Shown here piece after piece: positions 10,474-22,821 of a stretch of DNA of 64,000 bases; position 1 is the first letter of the stretch, and every line of letters starts with the position of its first letter. Position numbers and translations under genes: made by a program. Where the stretch lies: the NCBI GenBank assembly GCA_963750165.1, contig CAVVPN010000003.1, positions 2,848,001 to 2,912,000 on the forward strand. The letters run 5' to 3'. Under the pieces are notes generated by a model. The model saw only the letters and a program-made list of their open reading frames with translations. It made no database searches and was not told the origin of the DNA. The DNA comes from an uncultured Gemmataceae bacterium (GTDB taxonomy: Bacteria > Planctomycetota > Planctomycetia > Gemmatales > Gemmataceae).

Positions 10474-12050
10474 TTCGCGCCCCCCTTCTTGTTGGTGCTT
10501 TTCTTCTCGGTGAGGATGATCTTGATGGCCTCTTCCGCCATGCGCCGCAGCGCCTCGGGGTTTCCCATGTCGAGCGATACGACGCGCAGCTGGGGCAGGG
10601 CAGGCCGAGCCCGGTTCTCCATGCTCGCCAGGGCCATCACCGCCGCGGCAACGACGTTGGTGTCGTTGTCCTTCAGGCACTTGACGAGTGCATCCATGTG
10701 CTGCGGGGCGGCGCCGATCCGGCCCAGCGCCTGGATGGCCGCCGCGCGCACCTGCTGTTTTTCCTTCGGATCCTCGACGAGGCGGAGCACCGGGTTGGCC
10801 ACTTCGGCGGCGTCCTTGCCGAGCGTGGCCAGTGCCTCCAGGGTAGCGACGCGCACCGCTAGATCCTTGTCCTTCAGGAGGCCGATCATCTGGCTCAGTT
10901 CGCCCTTGGCGTCGGCACCGAGGCTGGCCAGGTTCGCCAGGGCGGCGACGCGCATCGGCACATCCTCATCCTTCAGGAAGGAGGCCACCGTCGGGGCAAT
11001 CGTCTTGCCGCCCATGCGCGTCAGTGCATGCAGCGCAGCCACGCGGATGTTCACGTCATCGACCTTCTTGGGGTCCAGGCACTCGACGTACACGAGCTTG
11101 ATCTTGTCCCTGGCCTCCGGGCCGAGTTTGGCCAGCGCGTGCAGGGCCTCAATGCGCACGGCGTGGTCCTTGCTCTTGGTCGCGTAGTTGGCGAGGGCCT
11201 CGCGGCGGTCCTTGTTCCTGGTCTTGTCGATGCCGTAGGCAACCAGGTGGGCGTTGATGCGGACGCTCAGGTCCTTTTCCTCGTACGCCTTGGTATACAG
11301 GATTTCGTTGATGTACTGATCCACCGCCTTTTTGGTGGCGTTCAGGTCCGTCAGGTCGAGGCGATCAATGGAGTGCAGGATGGCCATTTTGACCTGGGAG
11401 GAGGGTTCGTACTTGAGGCGCTTGAGCAGGGCCTCACTGACCTCGAGGGGCGGCGTTTCCTTCTTGCGGTCGAAGGGGTAGCTGCCCAGCATGGTGGCGG
11501 CGAGCTGGCGGATTTCCCAGGTATCGAGATCGCGGACCATCGCGGCGATTTCGTGGGCCGCCGCCTTCATGTACGGCCCGAGGTTGCTGATCGCCACCAG
11601 GGTGCGGTACTTGACGACGACCTGCCGGTCCTTGAGCAGGTTTTTGAAGACGTTCACCACCTCAATGACCTGTTTGGGGTCCACTTTTTCCTGGCTATGC
11701 AGGATCGACACCAGAATGGTGGGGGCGTTGGCGAGGAAGCTGGTGTCCACGTACAGTCCGGACGCCGGCTTGTGTTTCTTCAGTTCGCCGAGGATGATCG
11801 GCACCGCCTCGTAGGCCTTTTTCGGCCCGAACTCCGTCACGGTCTTGAGGGCCTGAAGGCTTTTGGCCCGGTCCCTCTGCTTGATTTCCTTGATCCATTC
11901 CTCGGCCTTCTTGCCGCCGATTTCGGTGGGCCAGTCGTGTTTTTTGTCTTTGTCTTTGTCCTTGTCCTTGCCTTTGCCCTGTGCGTGGGCACCGCCGACC
12001 AGCAGCAACGACAGGGCGACCACCAGGGTACTGAGAGAGAGCACGCGCAT
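10470..12050 (-). CDS. exported HEAT-repeat protein
   Basis: Signal peptide; (DK)n tract; C-terminal HEAT units such as KDKDLAVRVATLEALATLG. Confidence 0.85.
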   Translation of the reverse strand: MRVLSLSTLVVALSLLLVGGAHAQGKGKDKDKDKDKKHDWPTEIGGKKAEEWIKEIKQRDRAKSLQALKTVTEFGPKKAYEAVPIILGELKKHKPASGLYVDTSFLANAPTILVSILHSQEKVDPKQVIEVVNVFKNLLKDRQVVVKYRTLVAISNLGPYMKAAAHEIAAMVRDLDTWEIRQLAATMLGSYPFDRKKETPPLEVSEALLKRLKYEPSSQVKMAILHSIDRLDLTDLNATKKAVDQYINEILYTKAYEEKDLSVRINAHLVAYGIDKTRNKDRREALANYATKSKDHAVRIEALHALAKLGPEARDKIKLVYVECLDPKKVDDVNIRVAALHALTRMGGKTIAPTVASFLKDEDVPMRVAALANLASLGADAKGELSQMIGLLKDKDLAVRVATLEALATLGKDAAEVANPVLRLVEDPKEKQQVRAAAIQALGRIGAAPQHMDALVKCLKDNDTNVVAAAVMALASMENRARPALPQLRVVSLDMGNPEALRRMAEEAIKIILTEKKSTNKKGGAK

Positions 12051-12129
12051 GTTCTGACCTTTGCGTTTAGATGGTTCTTCCCCGCTTTTAGATTACCACG
12101 CGCTTGCGGCGCGTGGCAACAGGGTTGTG

Positions 12130-13114
12130 CTACGGCTGTCGCGGCAACGTGTACCACGCCAGGTTACACGCCTCGCGTTCCTCCGTGTCCAGCGTCGCGC
12201 CGGCCGCCGCCAGGCTCTCCGCCAATTGCTCCGGCTTGCTGGCGCCGACGATGGCCGCGGTGACGCCCGGCTGTGCCAGCACCCACGCCACCGCCACCGT
12301 CACCAGCGCTTTGCCGCGCGGCTGGAAAAACTGCTGCAACCGCTGCACCGCCTCCAGCTGCGCCTGCTGCCAGTAGCGCTGCCGATACAGTTCGCCCGTC
12401 TTGCCGAGCGTGAAGCGCGTGCCCGGCGGCGGGCTCTCCAGCGACCGATACTTGCCCGTCAGGAAGCCGCCCGCCAGCGGATTATACGCGATCACACCGA
12501 TTCCCTGATCGCGGCACAACGGCAACAGTTCGCTCTCGATTTCGCGGTAGAGCAGGTTGTAGCGCGGCTGCACGCAGTCGAAGCGCGCCAGGTCGTGCCG
12601 GTAGCTGACGCCGAGCGCCAGCGCCACCTGCCAGGCCGGGAAATTCGAGCAGCCGAGGTAGCGGACCTTGCCGTGGCGCACCAGGTCGTCCAGCGCCCGC
12701 AGCGTTTCGTCGATGGGCGTCTCCGGGTCGGTGCTGTGCGGCTGATACAGGTCGATGTAGTCGGTGCGCAGGCCGGCGCAGGCTATCCTCGACCGCCTTG
12801 AGGATGTGGCGGCGCGACAGGCCCTCGTCGTTGGGGCCGGGGCCGACGCGCATGCGGCACTTGGTCGCCAGCACGAATTGATCGCGGCGGTGTTCGAGCC
12901 ACTTGCCGACGATCTCCTCGGTGCGGCCGGCGGTCTCGATGGACGGCGGCACCGGGTAAACGTCGGCGGTGTCGAGGAAATCGACGCCGGCCTCGGCGGC
13001 GCGGTCGAGGATGGCGAACGACGTGCGTTCGTCACACTGGTGGCCGAAGGTCATGGTGCCCAGGCAGATTTCCGAGACTTTGAGGCCGGTGCGGCCGAGA
13101 CGGCGGTGGTTCAT
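12130..13114 (-). CDS. aldo/keto reductase, one frameshift near 12775
   Basis: [63 protein letters not shown]. Confidence 0.92.
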
Positions 13115-13288
13115 GGTCGTCCCTCTCCTTCTGCCACTTGCGGCTTAGCGGGCAGGAAACGCGCTAAGCCGCAAGCGGCAGAAAACACAAATGCCCGCCG
13201 TCATCTTATGCGTTGACGCCGCCGTGGCGCTGCCGTACCCTGATCGGTCAGACGCACACCCGCGAGTCGCCCGCCAGGAACCCATCCC

Positions 13289-15395
13289 ATGAAGCGCTTG
13301 CTCTGCCTGACCGCCGCGGCCCTGACGCTGACCGCCCTGCTGTCGGCCGGCTCCGTCGCCCAGAAAAAGGACACGCCGAAGGACGCCCGCTACGGCAAAC
13401 CCAAGGACTACAACGGCTACTTCCCCTGGACGCCGCCGACCAGCAAGGAAGCGTGGGAGCGCCGCAAACAGGAGGTCCGCGAACAGCTCCTGGTCGCCAA
13501 CGGTCTGTGGCCCATGCCCGAAAAGACGCCGTTGCACCCGGTCATCCACGGCAAGATCGAGCGCGACGGCTACACCATCGAGAAGGTGTATTTCGCCAGC
13601 CGGCCGGGCTTCTACGTCTGCGGCAACCTGTACCGGCCGACCGGCAAGAGCGGCAAGCTGCCCGCGGTGCTGAGCCCGCACGGCCACTGGGCCAACGGCC
13701 GTTTCTACGACGCCGGCGAGAAGGAGGCGAAGAAGCAAATCGCCAGCGGTGCCGAGACGACCATGGCCGGCGCCCGCTATCCGCTGCAGGCGCGCTGCGC
13801 CCAGCTAGCGCGGATGGGCTGCGTCGTCTTCCACTACGACATGATCGGTTACGCCGACAGCCAGCAGATCACGCACCGCACCGGCTTCCTCGACGTGGAG
13901 GCGGAACTGCGGTTGCAGAGTTTCATGGGACAGCAGACGTGGAACACCATCCGCGCGCTCGATTTCCTGACGAGCCTGCCGGACGTGGACCCGGCGCGGA
14001 TCGGCGTGACGGGCGCGAGCGGCGGCGGCACGCAGACGTTTATTCTGTGTGCCCTGGACGCGCGGCCGGCGGCGGCGTTCCCGGCGGTGATGGTCGGCAC
14101 GGCGATGCAGGGCGGCTGCATCTGCGAGAACTGTTCGTACCTGCGCGTCGGCACCGGCAACGTGGAAATCGCCGGCATGTTCGCGCCGAAGCCGCTGGGC
14201 ATGAGCGGCGCCGACGACTGGACCATCGACATTGAGACGAAGGGCCTGCCCGAGCTGAAGGCGCTGTACCGCCTCTACGGCGCCGAGGACAAGGTGTTCG
14301 CGAAGACGTACAAGCAGTTCAAGCACAACTACAACCAGATGAGCCGTGAGTTGATGTACAACTGGTTCAACCAGCACCTCAAGCTCGGCCTCAAGGAGCC
14401 GGTGAAGGAGCAGCCGTTCGTGCCGGTGCCGCCGAAGGAGCTGTCCGTTTTCGACAAGGAGCATCCGCTGCCGAAGGATGCCGTCAACGCGGCGGCGCTG
14501 CGCCGCGAGCTGACCGCGGAGTCGGAGAAGCAGCTGGAGGCGCTGCTGCCGAAGGACGCGAAGACGCTGGAGGCGTTCCGCCGCGTGGAGGGGACGGCGC
14601 TGCGGGTGATGATTGGCGACACCGTGGCCAGCCAGCACGCCACGACATCGCCGCCGACACCGCCAGCCTTCAAGGACGGCGGCAACGTCGCCGTGAGCAA
14701 TTTTGTCATCACCCGCAAAGGGCGTGAGGTGGCGATCCCTGCGACGTGGGTCCACGCCAAAAGGCCGAACGACGCCGTCGTAATCTGGGTGGACGCGGAC
14801 GGGCACAACGGCGTCCTCGACAAGGACGGCAAGTTGACGGCGGCGGCAAAGGCGGTCTGGGAGAAAGGCGCCCATCTGCTCGCCATTGATCCGTACCGCA
14901 CCGATGTGAATGCCCAGAAGGAGCGGCCGCCGGTGAACAAGCAATTCGCGGGCTACACGTTCGGCTACAATCGGCCGCTGCTGAGTGAGCGGGTTTCGGA
15001 CATCCTGACGGCGGTGGACTTCGTGAAGGGCACCAAAGTCTACAAGCGCATCCACCTGGTTGGTGTCGGCGAGGCCGGACCGTGGGTGCTGCTGGCCCGC
15101 GGCCTGTGCGGCGACGCCGTGCAGCGCACCGCCGTCGATCTGAACGGCTTCCGCTTCGAGCAAATCAAGGACATGAACGACCCGATGATGTTGCCCGGAG
15201 GCGCTGAAGTACGGCGGCCTGCCGGCGCTGGCGGCGCTGGCGGCGCCGGGCGAGCTGTACCTGCACAACGCCAAGGGCACCGGCTCGTCGCGCTGGCTGG
15301 AGGCCGCGTACACCGCCGCCGGGGCGCCGCGGGCGTGGCAGCGCCACGAGGCGAAGCAGGACACCGCCGCCGTGCTACAATGGCTGCTGCGTTGA
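13289..15395 (+). CDS. exported acetylxylan esterase-like alpha/beta hydrolase, frameshift near 15200
   Basis: Signal peptide; PAVLSPHGH; RIGVTGASGGGTQT nucleophile elbow; GGCICEN; continues LKYGGLPALAAL to TGA 15393-15395. Confidence 0.85.
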
Positions 15396-15450
15396 CGCCG
15401 GCCCTCTTCTGGTCTGCCGCTTGCGACGTAGCGCTTGCAGCGAGCGTTTA

Positions 15451-15510
15451 GTCCGAGCCCGAGCGCCAGCGAGGTGGTAGCAGGCCCCTCGCTGGCGCTC
15501 GGGCTCGGAC
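15451..15510. repeat. REP-like inverted repeat (same family at 29315-29373)
   Basis: GAGCCCGAGCGCCAGCG / CGCTGGCGCTCGGGCTC. Confidence 0.85.
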
Positions 15511-15576
15511 CACGAACAAGAATAGCCAGGACGATGAGGTTCTTGTGACAGTTGAAGTTCCCATCGAGGACTGCCC

Positions 15577-18500
15577 ATGTCCGATTCGCCGACCGGCTCC
15601 GCTGCCGCTGACGCCCCCACCGGCTCGTTCCCCCCGCCCACCCTCACCGGGTGCGACGCCCCTGTGCAGCTGCGGGAGCCCGAGGAGGCGCCGCCGACCG
15701 CTGCGCCGCCCGGCGGCGCCGCCCAGGAACCCGCGGCGTCCGCGGCGGCGGTGCCGTTGCGCCTGGACCGCTACGACGTACTGGGCGAGATCGCGCACGG
15801 CGGCATGGGCGTCGTCTACAAGGTGCGCGACCCCAAGTTGGGCCGCACCCTGGCCCTGAAGGTGCTCCTGGACTGCCACGGCCAGCGCCCCGACCTGCGC
15901 CGCCGCTTCCTGGAAGAGGCGCAGATCGGCGGCCAGTTGCAACATCCGGGGCTGGTGTCCGTCCACGAACTGGGCAGCCTGGAGGACCAGCGGCCCTTCT
16001 TCACCATGAAGCTGGTCAAGGGCCGCACGCTCGCCGAGTTGCTGCGCGAGCGTGCCGCGCCCGCGGCGGACCTGCCGCGCTTCCTGGGCATTTTCGAGCA
16101 GGTGTGCCAGACGCTGGCGTACGCGCACAGTCGCGGCGTCATCCACCGCGACCTGAAGCCGGCCAACGTCATGGTCGGCGCCTTCGGCGAAATCCAGGTG
16201 ATGGACTGGGGCCTGGCCAAGGTGCTCGGGCAGCAGCCCGCGGCGCTGGCGCCGGCCACGGCGGCGGGGACAAGCACGCTCTATTCGTCGCGGCTCTCGA
16301 CGGCGGACGAATCGGCGACGCGCGCGGGCACGGTGCTGGGGACGCCGGCGTACATGCCGCCGGAGCAGGCCCGCGGCCAGGTGGACCACCTCGACGAGCG
16401 CTGCGATGTGTTCGGGCTGGGGGCGCTGCTGTGCGAAATGCTCACGGGGCAGCCGCCCTACGCCGGGCCGCCCGAGCGGGTGCTGGCCCAGGCGGCGCAG
16501 GGCGACCTGGCGGAGGCGCACGGCCGGCTGGAGCGCTGCGGCGCGGACGCGGAGCTGGTGCGGCTGGCGCTGCGGTGCCTGGCGTTCCAGCCGCTGGAGC
16601 GGCCGGCGCACGCGGGGGCGGTGGCGGAGGCGGTGACCGCCTACCGGGCCGGTGTGGAGGCGCGGTTGCGGCAAGCGGAGGTGGACGGCGCCGCAGCGCG
16701 AGCGCGGGCGGCCGAGGAGCGCAAGCGGCGGCGGCTGACGCTGGCGCTGGCCGGTTCGGTGCTGCTGACGGTGCTGCTGGGCAGCGGCGGCTGGCTGTGG
16801 ATCAGCCAGGAGCGAGCGGCGCGCGAGCGCGAAGAGCTGGAGGAACAGACCCAGCGGGAGCGCGCGGCCCTGGCCGACCGGGAGCAGCGCGAGCGCGCGG
16901 CGCGCGACCAGCAGGCGGCGGCGGCCCGGCAGTTGCAAACGGTCCTGGCCCGGGCGGAGGAGCGGCGCGCCCGGGCGCGGGCCAGCAACGACGCCGCCCG
17001 CTGGGCCGAGGCGCGGACGCTGGCCGAGCAGGCCGAGACGCTGCTGGCCGGCGTGTCGGATCCGGAGCTGGGCGGGCGCGTGCGGGCGCTGCGGCGCGAG
17101 CTGGAGGACGAGGAAAAGGACCGTCAGTTGCTCGTGCGCCTGGAGCGGCTCTGGCAGGAGCGGCTGCTGACCGAGTACCGCCGGGTGTTCGGCGAACACG
17201 GCTTCCGGCCCCAGAAGCTGAGCGCGCAGGACGCGGCGGACTGGGTGCGGCGGCGGCCACCGGAGACGCGCGCGCGGCTCATCGCCGGCCTGGACGCCTG
17301 GATGGTGCTGGCCCCGTACCGCGGCCCGGAGCGGGACGCGCTGTTCCGGGTACTGCAGGCGGCCGACGACAACGGGCCGCGCAAGGAACTGCGGGCGGCG
17401 GTGGCGAAGAACGACCTGGCGGCGGTGGAACGGCTGACCACGCCGGAGGCGCTGGAGCGGCAGGGTCCCGAGACGGTGCTGCTGCTGGCCGGCTACCTGC
17501 AGACGCGGAAGCTGAACCGGGCCATCGCGGTGCTGCGGTCGGCGTACGCGCGCTTCCCGGGGGACTACTGGATTGTCGTCACCCTGGCCCGGGCGCTGGA
17601 GGACAGGAACACGTACGAACTGGCCGAGGCCGCCGCCTACGAGGAGGAGGTGCGGTTCCGCACGGCGGCGCTGGCGCTGCGGCCGGACAGTCACGACGCC
17701 CTGCTGACGCTGGGCCACGCCCTCGCGTCCCGGAAGCGGTTCGACGAGGCGCTGGCGGTCCTGAAGCGGGCGACCGAGCGGCAACCGGCCGACCCCTACG
17801 GCTGGGTGGCGCTGGCCTGGGCGCTGCAGGAACAGGGCCGGTTCAAAGAGGCCGAGGGAGCGGTGCGGCGGGCCCTCCAACTAAAGCGGACGAGCAACGC
17901 GGAAAGCGTGCTCGGCCTGATCTTCTTTGGCCAGGGCCGCTACGACGAGGCCGTCGCCGCGGCGCACCGCGGCCTCCGGCTGTACCCGACCGCCGAGGGG
18001 CACCTCGGCCTGGCCGCCCTGCTGTGGCGCAAGGGCCGGCTGGACGAGTCCGCCTGGGAACTGCAAAAGGCCCTCCACTGGCAGAACGACCTGCTGGCCG
18101 CGAAGTTTCTCCTGCAACTCCACGTTTACGAAAAACAGGGCCGCTCCAAGGACGCCGAGACGTTGTGCCGCACTGCCACCCTGCTGCAGCCGCAGAACCC
18201 GTCCACGCACCTCGCCCTGTACATCTGCCTGGTGACGCAGGGGCGCTTCGCCGAGACGCCGCCGGTCATCAAGCGCTGCGCCGACCTGGCGGCGCAGACG
18301 CCCAACATCCACAGCTTCCCGAAACTGGCGGTGCGCGAGACGGAGCAGATCCTCGCCCTGGAGCCGCAGTTGGCCGCGTTCCTCAAGGGCGAGTTGAAGC
18401 CGCGTGACGCCGCGGAGCGCGACCTGCTGCTGTACCTGTGCTGGGCGAAAAGGCGCTACGCGGGGGCGGCCCGGCTGTACACCGACGCCTTCGCCGCCGA

Positions 18501-18849
18501 CCCGAAGCTGGCCGACGATTTGCGCGCCGAACACCGATGCGACGCCGCCCGCAGCGCCGCCCGCGCCGCCGCCGGCCTGGGTGACGGCAGCGCCCTCGCT
18601 GAAAAAGAGCGGACGCGCTTGCGGAAACTGGCCGTGCAGTGGCTGCGAGACGACCTGGCGGCGCGGGCCAAGCAGCTGCAAGCGGTTGACCCGGACGAGC
18701 GTGCCGACGCGGCGGAGCGGCTGCGCTGGTGGCGGTGGGATCCGGCGCTGGCGGGCGTGCGCGACGCGGCGGCGCTGCAGCAGTTACCGACCGCCGAGCG
18801 GCAGGCGTGTCAGCAATTCTGGGCGGACGTGGCAGCGCTGGTGCGCTGA
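15577..18849 (+). CDS. membrane Ser/Thr protein kinase with TPR repeats
   Basis: [41 protein letters not shown] helix; TPRs. Confidence 0.93.
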   Translation: MSDSPTGSAAADAPTGSFPPPTLTGCDAPVQLREPEEAPPTAAPPGGAAQEPAASAAAVPLRLDRYDVLGEIAHGGMGVVYKVRDPKLGRTLALKVLLDCHGQRPDLRRRFLEEAQIGGQLQHPGLVSVHELGSLEDQRPFFTMKLVKGRTLAELLRERAAPAADLPRFLGIFEQVCQTLAYAHSRGVIHRDLKPANVMVGAFGEIQVMDWGLAKVLGQQPAALAPATAAGTSTLYSSRLSTADESATRAGTVLGTPAYMPPEQARGQVDHLDERCDVFGLGALLCEMLTGQPPYAGPPERVLAQAAQGDLAEAHGRLERCGADAELVRLALRCLAFQPLERPAHAGAVAEAVTAYRAGVEARLRQAEVDGAAARARAAEERKRRRLTLALAGSVLLTVLLGSGGWLWISQERAAREREELEEQTQRERAALADREQRERAARDQQAAAARQLQTVLARAEERRARARASNDAARWAEARTLAEQAETLLAGVSDPELGGRVRALRRELEDEEKDRQLLVRLERLWQERLLTEYRRVFGEHGFRPQKLSAQDAADWVRRRPPETRARLIAGLDAWMVLAPYRGPERDALFRVLQAADDNGPRKELRAAVAKNDLAAVERLTTPEALERQGPETVLLLAGYLQTRKLNRAIAVLRSAYARFPGDYWIVVTLARALEDRNTYELAEAAAYEEEVRFRTAALALRPDSHDALLTLGHALASRKRFDEALAVLKRATERQPADPYGWVALAWALQEQGRFKEAEGAVRRALQLKRTSNAESVLGLIFFGQGRYDEAVAAAHRGLRLYPTAEGHLGLAALLWRKGRLDESAWELQKALHWQNDLLAAKFLLQLHVYEKQGRSKDAETLCRTATLLQPQNPSTHLALYICLVTQGRFAETPPVIKRCADLAAQTPNIHSFPKLAVRETEQILALEPQLAAFLKGELKPRDAAERDLLLYLCWAKRRYAGAARLYTDAFAADPKLADDLRAEHRCDAARSAARAAAGLGDGSALAEKERTRLRKLAVQWLRDDLAARAKQLQAVDPDERADAAERLRWWRWDPALAGVRDAAALQQLPTAERQACQQFWADVAALVR

Positions 18850-18934
18850 AAGCCCGGTCGCTTCCCGAGGTGGGCGGGCCAGGGCCGCTCCTGTCGCTGG
18901 AGTCTACCTCTCGAAGTAGGCAGGGGGTGGTTGC

Positions 18935-19012
18935 GTGTGCCACTGCCTGGCCGCCTCGTGAAGTCTCCAGTACCCCCGTCCGGTCGCTCAGGGCGGCCAG
19001 GCAGTGGCACAC
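18935..19012. repeat. REP-like 21-bp inverted repeat
   Basis: GTGTGCCACTGCCTGGCCGCC ... GGCGGCCAGGCAGTGGCACAC. Confidence 0.8.
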
Positions 19013-19131
19013 ATCGCTTTTCCTGCCCGCCTACTTCGGGCGGCTCACCCCTGTCGTCGAACGCGGCTCGACACTTCGCCAAGCGTTTGTTCTAATCCCC
19101 GCAGATGTCGTCCCCATCCCATCAAGGAACT

Positions 19132-19830
19132 ATGCCAATGGCCGTGACGTTTGCGAACGCCGCCGAACTGGTGCGAAGGTTGGGCAACATCCCCCTGGAC
19201 CGCATTTGCTTCACGCCACCACCGGGCACGGCCACCGAGCGCGATTTGCGCACTGCGCTGCGCCGTTCCGATCGCCTATACGAACTCGTCGATGGCACGC
19301 TGGTGGAGAAGACCGTGGGACTCAGCGAATCGATGATCGCAGGCCAAGTCTTGAGCGAGATCAGAGCCTTTGCCCGGAAGCATGACCTGGGCATTCCCGC
19401 CGGCGCGGACGGGACGGTACGGTTGCTGAAGGGGCTGGTGCGGATGCCCGACGTGGCGTTTTTCAGCTGGGACAAACTGCCCGGCCGCATGATGTTGGAG
19501 AAAGCGATCCCGGACGTGGCGCCCGATCTGGCCGTCGAGGTGCTCAGCAAGGGGAACACGCCCGCGGAGATGGCACGCAAACTCCGCGAATATTTCCTCG
19601 CCGGCACCTGCCTCGTCTGGATGATCGACCCACGGAAGCGCCAGGCGCAAGTTTACACCGCGCCTGATGCCCCAGCCGCGACTCTGGACGAAGCGCAGGC
19701 GCTCGACGGCGGCAACGTACTGCCCGGCTTCACGCTGCCGCTGGCCGAGCTATTCGCCCACTTCCCCGCCGCGCCCAAAAAGAGCCGCACGCCTGGCAAG
19801 AAGAAGTCCGGAGACCGGTCCACCCGTTGA
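19132..19830 (+). CDS. Uma2 (DUF820) family endonuclease
   Basis: ELVDGTLVEK; VRMPDVAF; PDLAVEVLS; YFLAGTCLVWMIDP; LPGFTLPLAELF. Confidence 0.9.
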   Translation: MPMAVTFANAAELVRRLGNIPLDRICFTPPPGTATERDLRTALRRSDRLYELVDGTLVEKTVGLSESMIAGQVLSEIRAFARKHDLGIPAGADGTVRLLKGLVRMPDVAFFSWDKLPGRMMLEKAIPDVAPDLAVEVLSKGNTPAEMARKLREYFLAGTCLVWMIDPRKRQAQVYTAPDAPAATLDEAQALDGGNVLPGFTLPLAELFAHFPAAPKKSRTPGKKKSGDRSTR

Positions 19831-20053
19831 CTGTGCCTGAGGATAGGGAATCTCCGGCCCCCCAGGGTCAACCAGGGGGTCTGTGAAATGAAACGAGACG
19901 AGTTCCCTCCGTGGCACTCTTTCATACAGGATACCACAACGGCCGCGACAGCGGAATGGCGGCGGCTGGCCTCGGCTCCCCCTTGACACGCCGGGCCGGC
20001 TGTGGGATCTTCGCCGCCCCGAGGGTGGGCGCGGCGCACGGAGGGCGCGAGGC

Positions 20054-21623
20054 ATGGCGGCAGCGCGGCAAGGCATCCCAACGCGGTGGCGCCTGCCGTT
20101 GCTGCTGGCGCTGGCGCTGTCGCTGTTCGGCGCACGGCTGAGCTGTCCGCTGCTGGAGCCGGAGGAGACGCGCTACGCGGAAATTCCGCGGCAAATGCTG
20201 GCGCAGGGCCGGTTCATCGAGCCGGTCTGGCACGGCGAGGCGTACTACCACAAACCGCCGCTGGTGTACTGGCTGGTGATGGCCAGTTACCGTGTGCTGG
20301 GCGTCTCGGACGCGGCGGCGCGGCTGGTGCCGGCGCTGGCGGCGGTGCTGCTGGTGCTGCTGACCTACGCCTGGGGACGGTCGGTGGCGGACGCCTGGAC
20401 GGCGCTGGTGGCGGCGCTGGTGCTGTGCCTGTCGGGCCGCTTTGTTTACCTGGGCCGGATGCTGGTGCTGGACGGTGTGCTGGCGCTGTGGGTGACGGCG
20501 GCGCTGGCGGCGGCGCAGCAGGCGCTGGTGCGCTGGCGGTGGCGCTGGTGGCTGCTGGCGGCGGTGTGCGTGGGGCTGGGGCTGCTGACCAAGGGCCCGG
20601 TGGCGCTGGCGCTGGTGCTGCCGCCGGTGGCATTTTTCTGCCGCTTGCGGCAGAACGACGGGATAGGGCGCCTGGTGCTGCGCCTGCTGGTCTTTGTCGC
20701 TGTCGCTGTCGCCGTCGCCGCGCCGTGGTACGCCGCCGTCGCGCTGCGCGCACCGCCGCCGCCGCGGACTTCTTCTGGCAGCACAACGTCCAGCGCTTCG
20801 TCGCCCCCATCGACCACGCCAAGCCGTTCTGGTTCTACCTACCGCTGCTGCTGACCGGCACACTGCCCTGGTCGCTGCTGCTGGTGCCGTTGGCCTGGCG
20901 CCTGGTGCGGCACCGCCCCGATGCGGTGCCGCTGCCGCCGGCCCTGGGGTTCTGGCTGACCGCCGCCGGCTGGTGCCTGCTGTTCTTTTCGCTGTCCGGC
21001 TGCAAACGGCCCGCGTACCTGCTGCCGGCGCTGCCGCCGCTGGCGCTGGTGCTCGGCGACTACCTGGCGCAGCGGGTGCGCCGGACGACCGCCGCGCGCT
21101 GCTGCGCTGGACGGGCGTCGCCGCGGTGACGTTCGCGGTGTTGCTGGCCGGCGTTCACGAGGGGCTGGCGAGCTACCACCGCCGGTTCGGCCTGCGTGGC
21201 CTCGTGCGCCGCCACCGCGCCCTGGCCGCCGACGCTTCGCTGGCGGTCTACTGCTACCCGCACCGCTGGGACTCGGTCAGCTTTTACCTGCAGCGCGACG
21301 ACGTGCGCGTCCTGACCGCCGGCGACCGGACGGCCCTGGCGGCGGAGCTGGCGAAGCAACCGCGGGCGCTGGTGTTTGTCAAGGCACAGCGCGGGTTGGC
21401 GGAGCTGGCGTCCGTGCTGCCGGCCGAACTGGAGCTGGTGCCGCACGGCCGACAGGGGACATTTGTCGCGGTCGGCCTGGTGCGGCCGCGGCTCGGCCCT
21501 GCCCGGTTGACCGCGGCCCTGCCGTGGCCTACCTTTTGGCAGGATCTCAACCTTGGGCCCCAGACGAGAACACCATGTCACACGAACCCGTCACCGAACA
21601 GCAAGGAACGACTGCCACCCTGA
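20054..21623 (+). CDS. ArnT/GT39-like membrane glycosyltransferase, two frameshifts
   Basis: EPEETRYAEIPRQM; KPPLVYW; LTKGPV; HAKPFWFYLP; CKRPAYLLP across three ORFs. Confidence 0.85.
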
Positions 21624-21943
21624 CCGCCGTCGAGCGCCGCCTGTGGGAGCGCCTGGCCTGCACCCGGCCGATCCCGCGCCGTCTGTCACTGGAGCCGGGC
21701 AAGGACCTGGACGATGGCTGGGTGGTGGACCTGTCCGCCGGCGGCCTATGCGTGCTGCTGAACGTGCGGCCGAAGCCAGGCGACGTGCTGTCGATGGAAC
21801 TCGAAAGCAACCCCGATCACCTGCCCGTGGAACTGCAAGCCCGGGTGGTTCGCGTCGAGGCCCTGCCCGAGGGCGACTGGCTGGTCGGCTGCCAGTACCT
21901 GGAGCCCATCAGCGAAGAAATGGTCAATGCGCTGCTGCTGTAA
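21575..21943 (+). CDS. PilZ domain protein
   Basis: RRLWER (RxxxR); DLSAGG (DxSxxG); WLVGCQY. Confidence 0.8.
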   Translation: MSHEPVTEQQGTTATLTAVERRLWERLACTRPIPRRLSLEPGKDLDDGWVVDLSAGGLCVLLNVRPKPGDVLSMELESNPDHLPVELQARVVRVEALPEGDWLVGCQYLEPISEEMVNALLL

Positions 21944-21975
21944 CGCGGTCGGACAAAGCGCTGCCGGACCAAACG

Positions 21976-22154
21976 GACCCCGTTGTTAGTTTCGCGCGGA
22001 CTCTGCCCGCATGAAACTAACAACGGGGTCCGTCGTTGGCGGGCGAGCACGACACCGCTTGCCAGTGCGCATCGCGGTCGGGTGTAGCGGTCAGTTCGTA
22101 GTGGAAGTCGCCAGACTTCCGTAGCGGCTTCGGAAGTCTGGCGACTTCCGCTAC
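21976..22154. repeat. two REP-like hairpins
   Basis: GACCCCGTTGTTAGTTTC/GAAACTAACAACGGGGTC and GGAAGTCGCCAGACTTCC/GGAAGTCTGGCGACTTCC. Confidence 0.8.
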
Positions 22155-22223
22155 CCCCAAACGCCAACCGCTCTAAAATGTCAGCAACGAGCGGACGCAC
22201 TGCACCGGGAGGGGGAACCTGAC

Positions 22224-22805
22224 ATGGGCGCGAAACGCATCCTGATGGTGGTGGGCGATTTTGTCGAGGATTACGAGGTGATGGTGCCGTTCCAGGCGCT
22301 GCAGAGCGTGGGGCACCATGTTGATGCCGTCTGCCCTGGCAAAAAGGCCGGCGACCAGATCAAGACGGCGGTCCACGACTTCGAGGGCGATCAGACGTAC
22401 ACCGAGAAGCCCGGCCACCACTTCACGCTCAACGCCAGCTTCAGCGACGCCCGCGCCGATCTGTACGACGCGCTGGTGCTGCCGGGCGGTCGGGCGCCGG
22501 AATACCTGCGGCTCAACGAGGGCGTGCTGCGGCTGGTGCGCGACTTCACCGAGGCCAAAAAGCCCATCGCGGCGCTGTGCCACGGCGTCCAGATCCTGAC
22601 CGCGGCGGACGTGCTCCGCGGCCGGCAGTGTACCACCTACCCGGCGGTTGGGCCGGAGGTCAACGCCGCGGGTGGCATTTACGTCGAGGTGCCCGTGACC
22701 CAGGCGGTGCGCGACGGCAATCTCGTCACGGCGCCGGCGTGGCCGGCGCACCCGGCCTGGCTGGCGAAGTTCCTCGACGTGCTCGGCACCCGGATTCAAC
22801 TCTGA
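22224..22805 (+). CDS. DJ-1/PfpI family protein
   Basis: [30 protein letters not shown]. Confidence 0.92.
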   Translation: MGAKRILMVVGDFVEDYEVMVPFQALQSVGHHVDAVCPGKKAGDQIKTAVHDFEGDQTYTEKPGHHFTLNASFSDARADLYDALVLPGGRAPEYLRLNEGVLRLVRDFTEAKKPIAALCHGVQILTAADVLRGRQCTTYPAVGPEVNAAGGIYVEVPVTQAVRDGNLVTAPAWPAHPAWLAKFLDVLGTRIQL

Positions 22806-22821
22806 CGATTGGAAGCGGCAC

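Noticed and set aside
19132..19830. Uma2 nuclease as part of a defence or mobile system
   Set aside because: It belongs to a highly expanded stand-alone family in this lineage and has no partner genes here.
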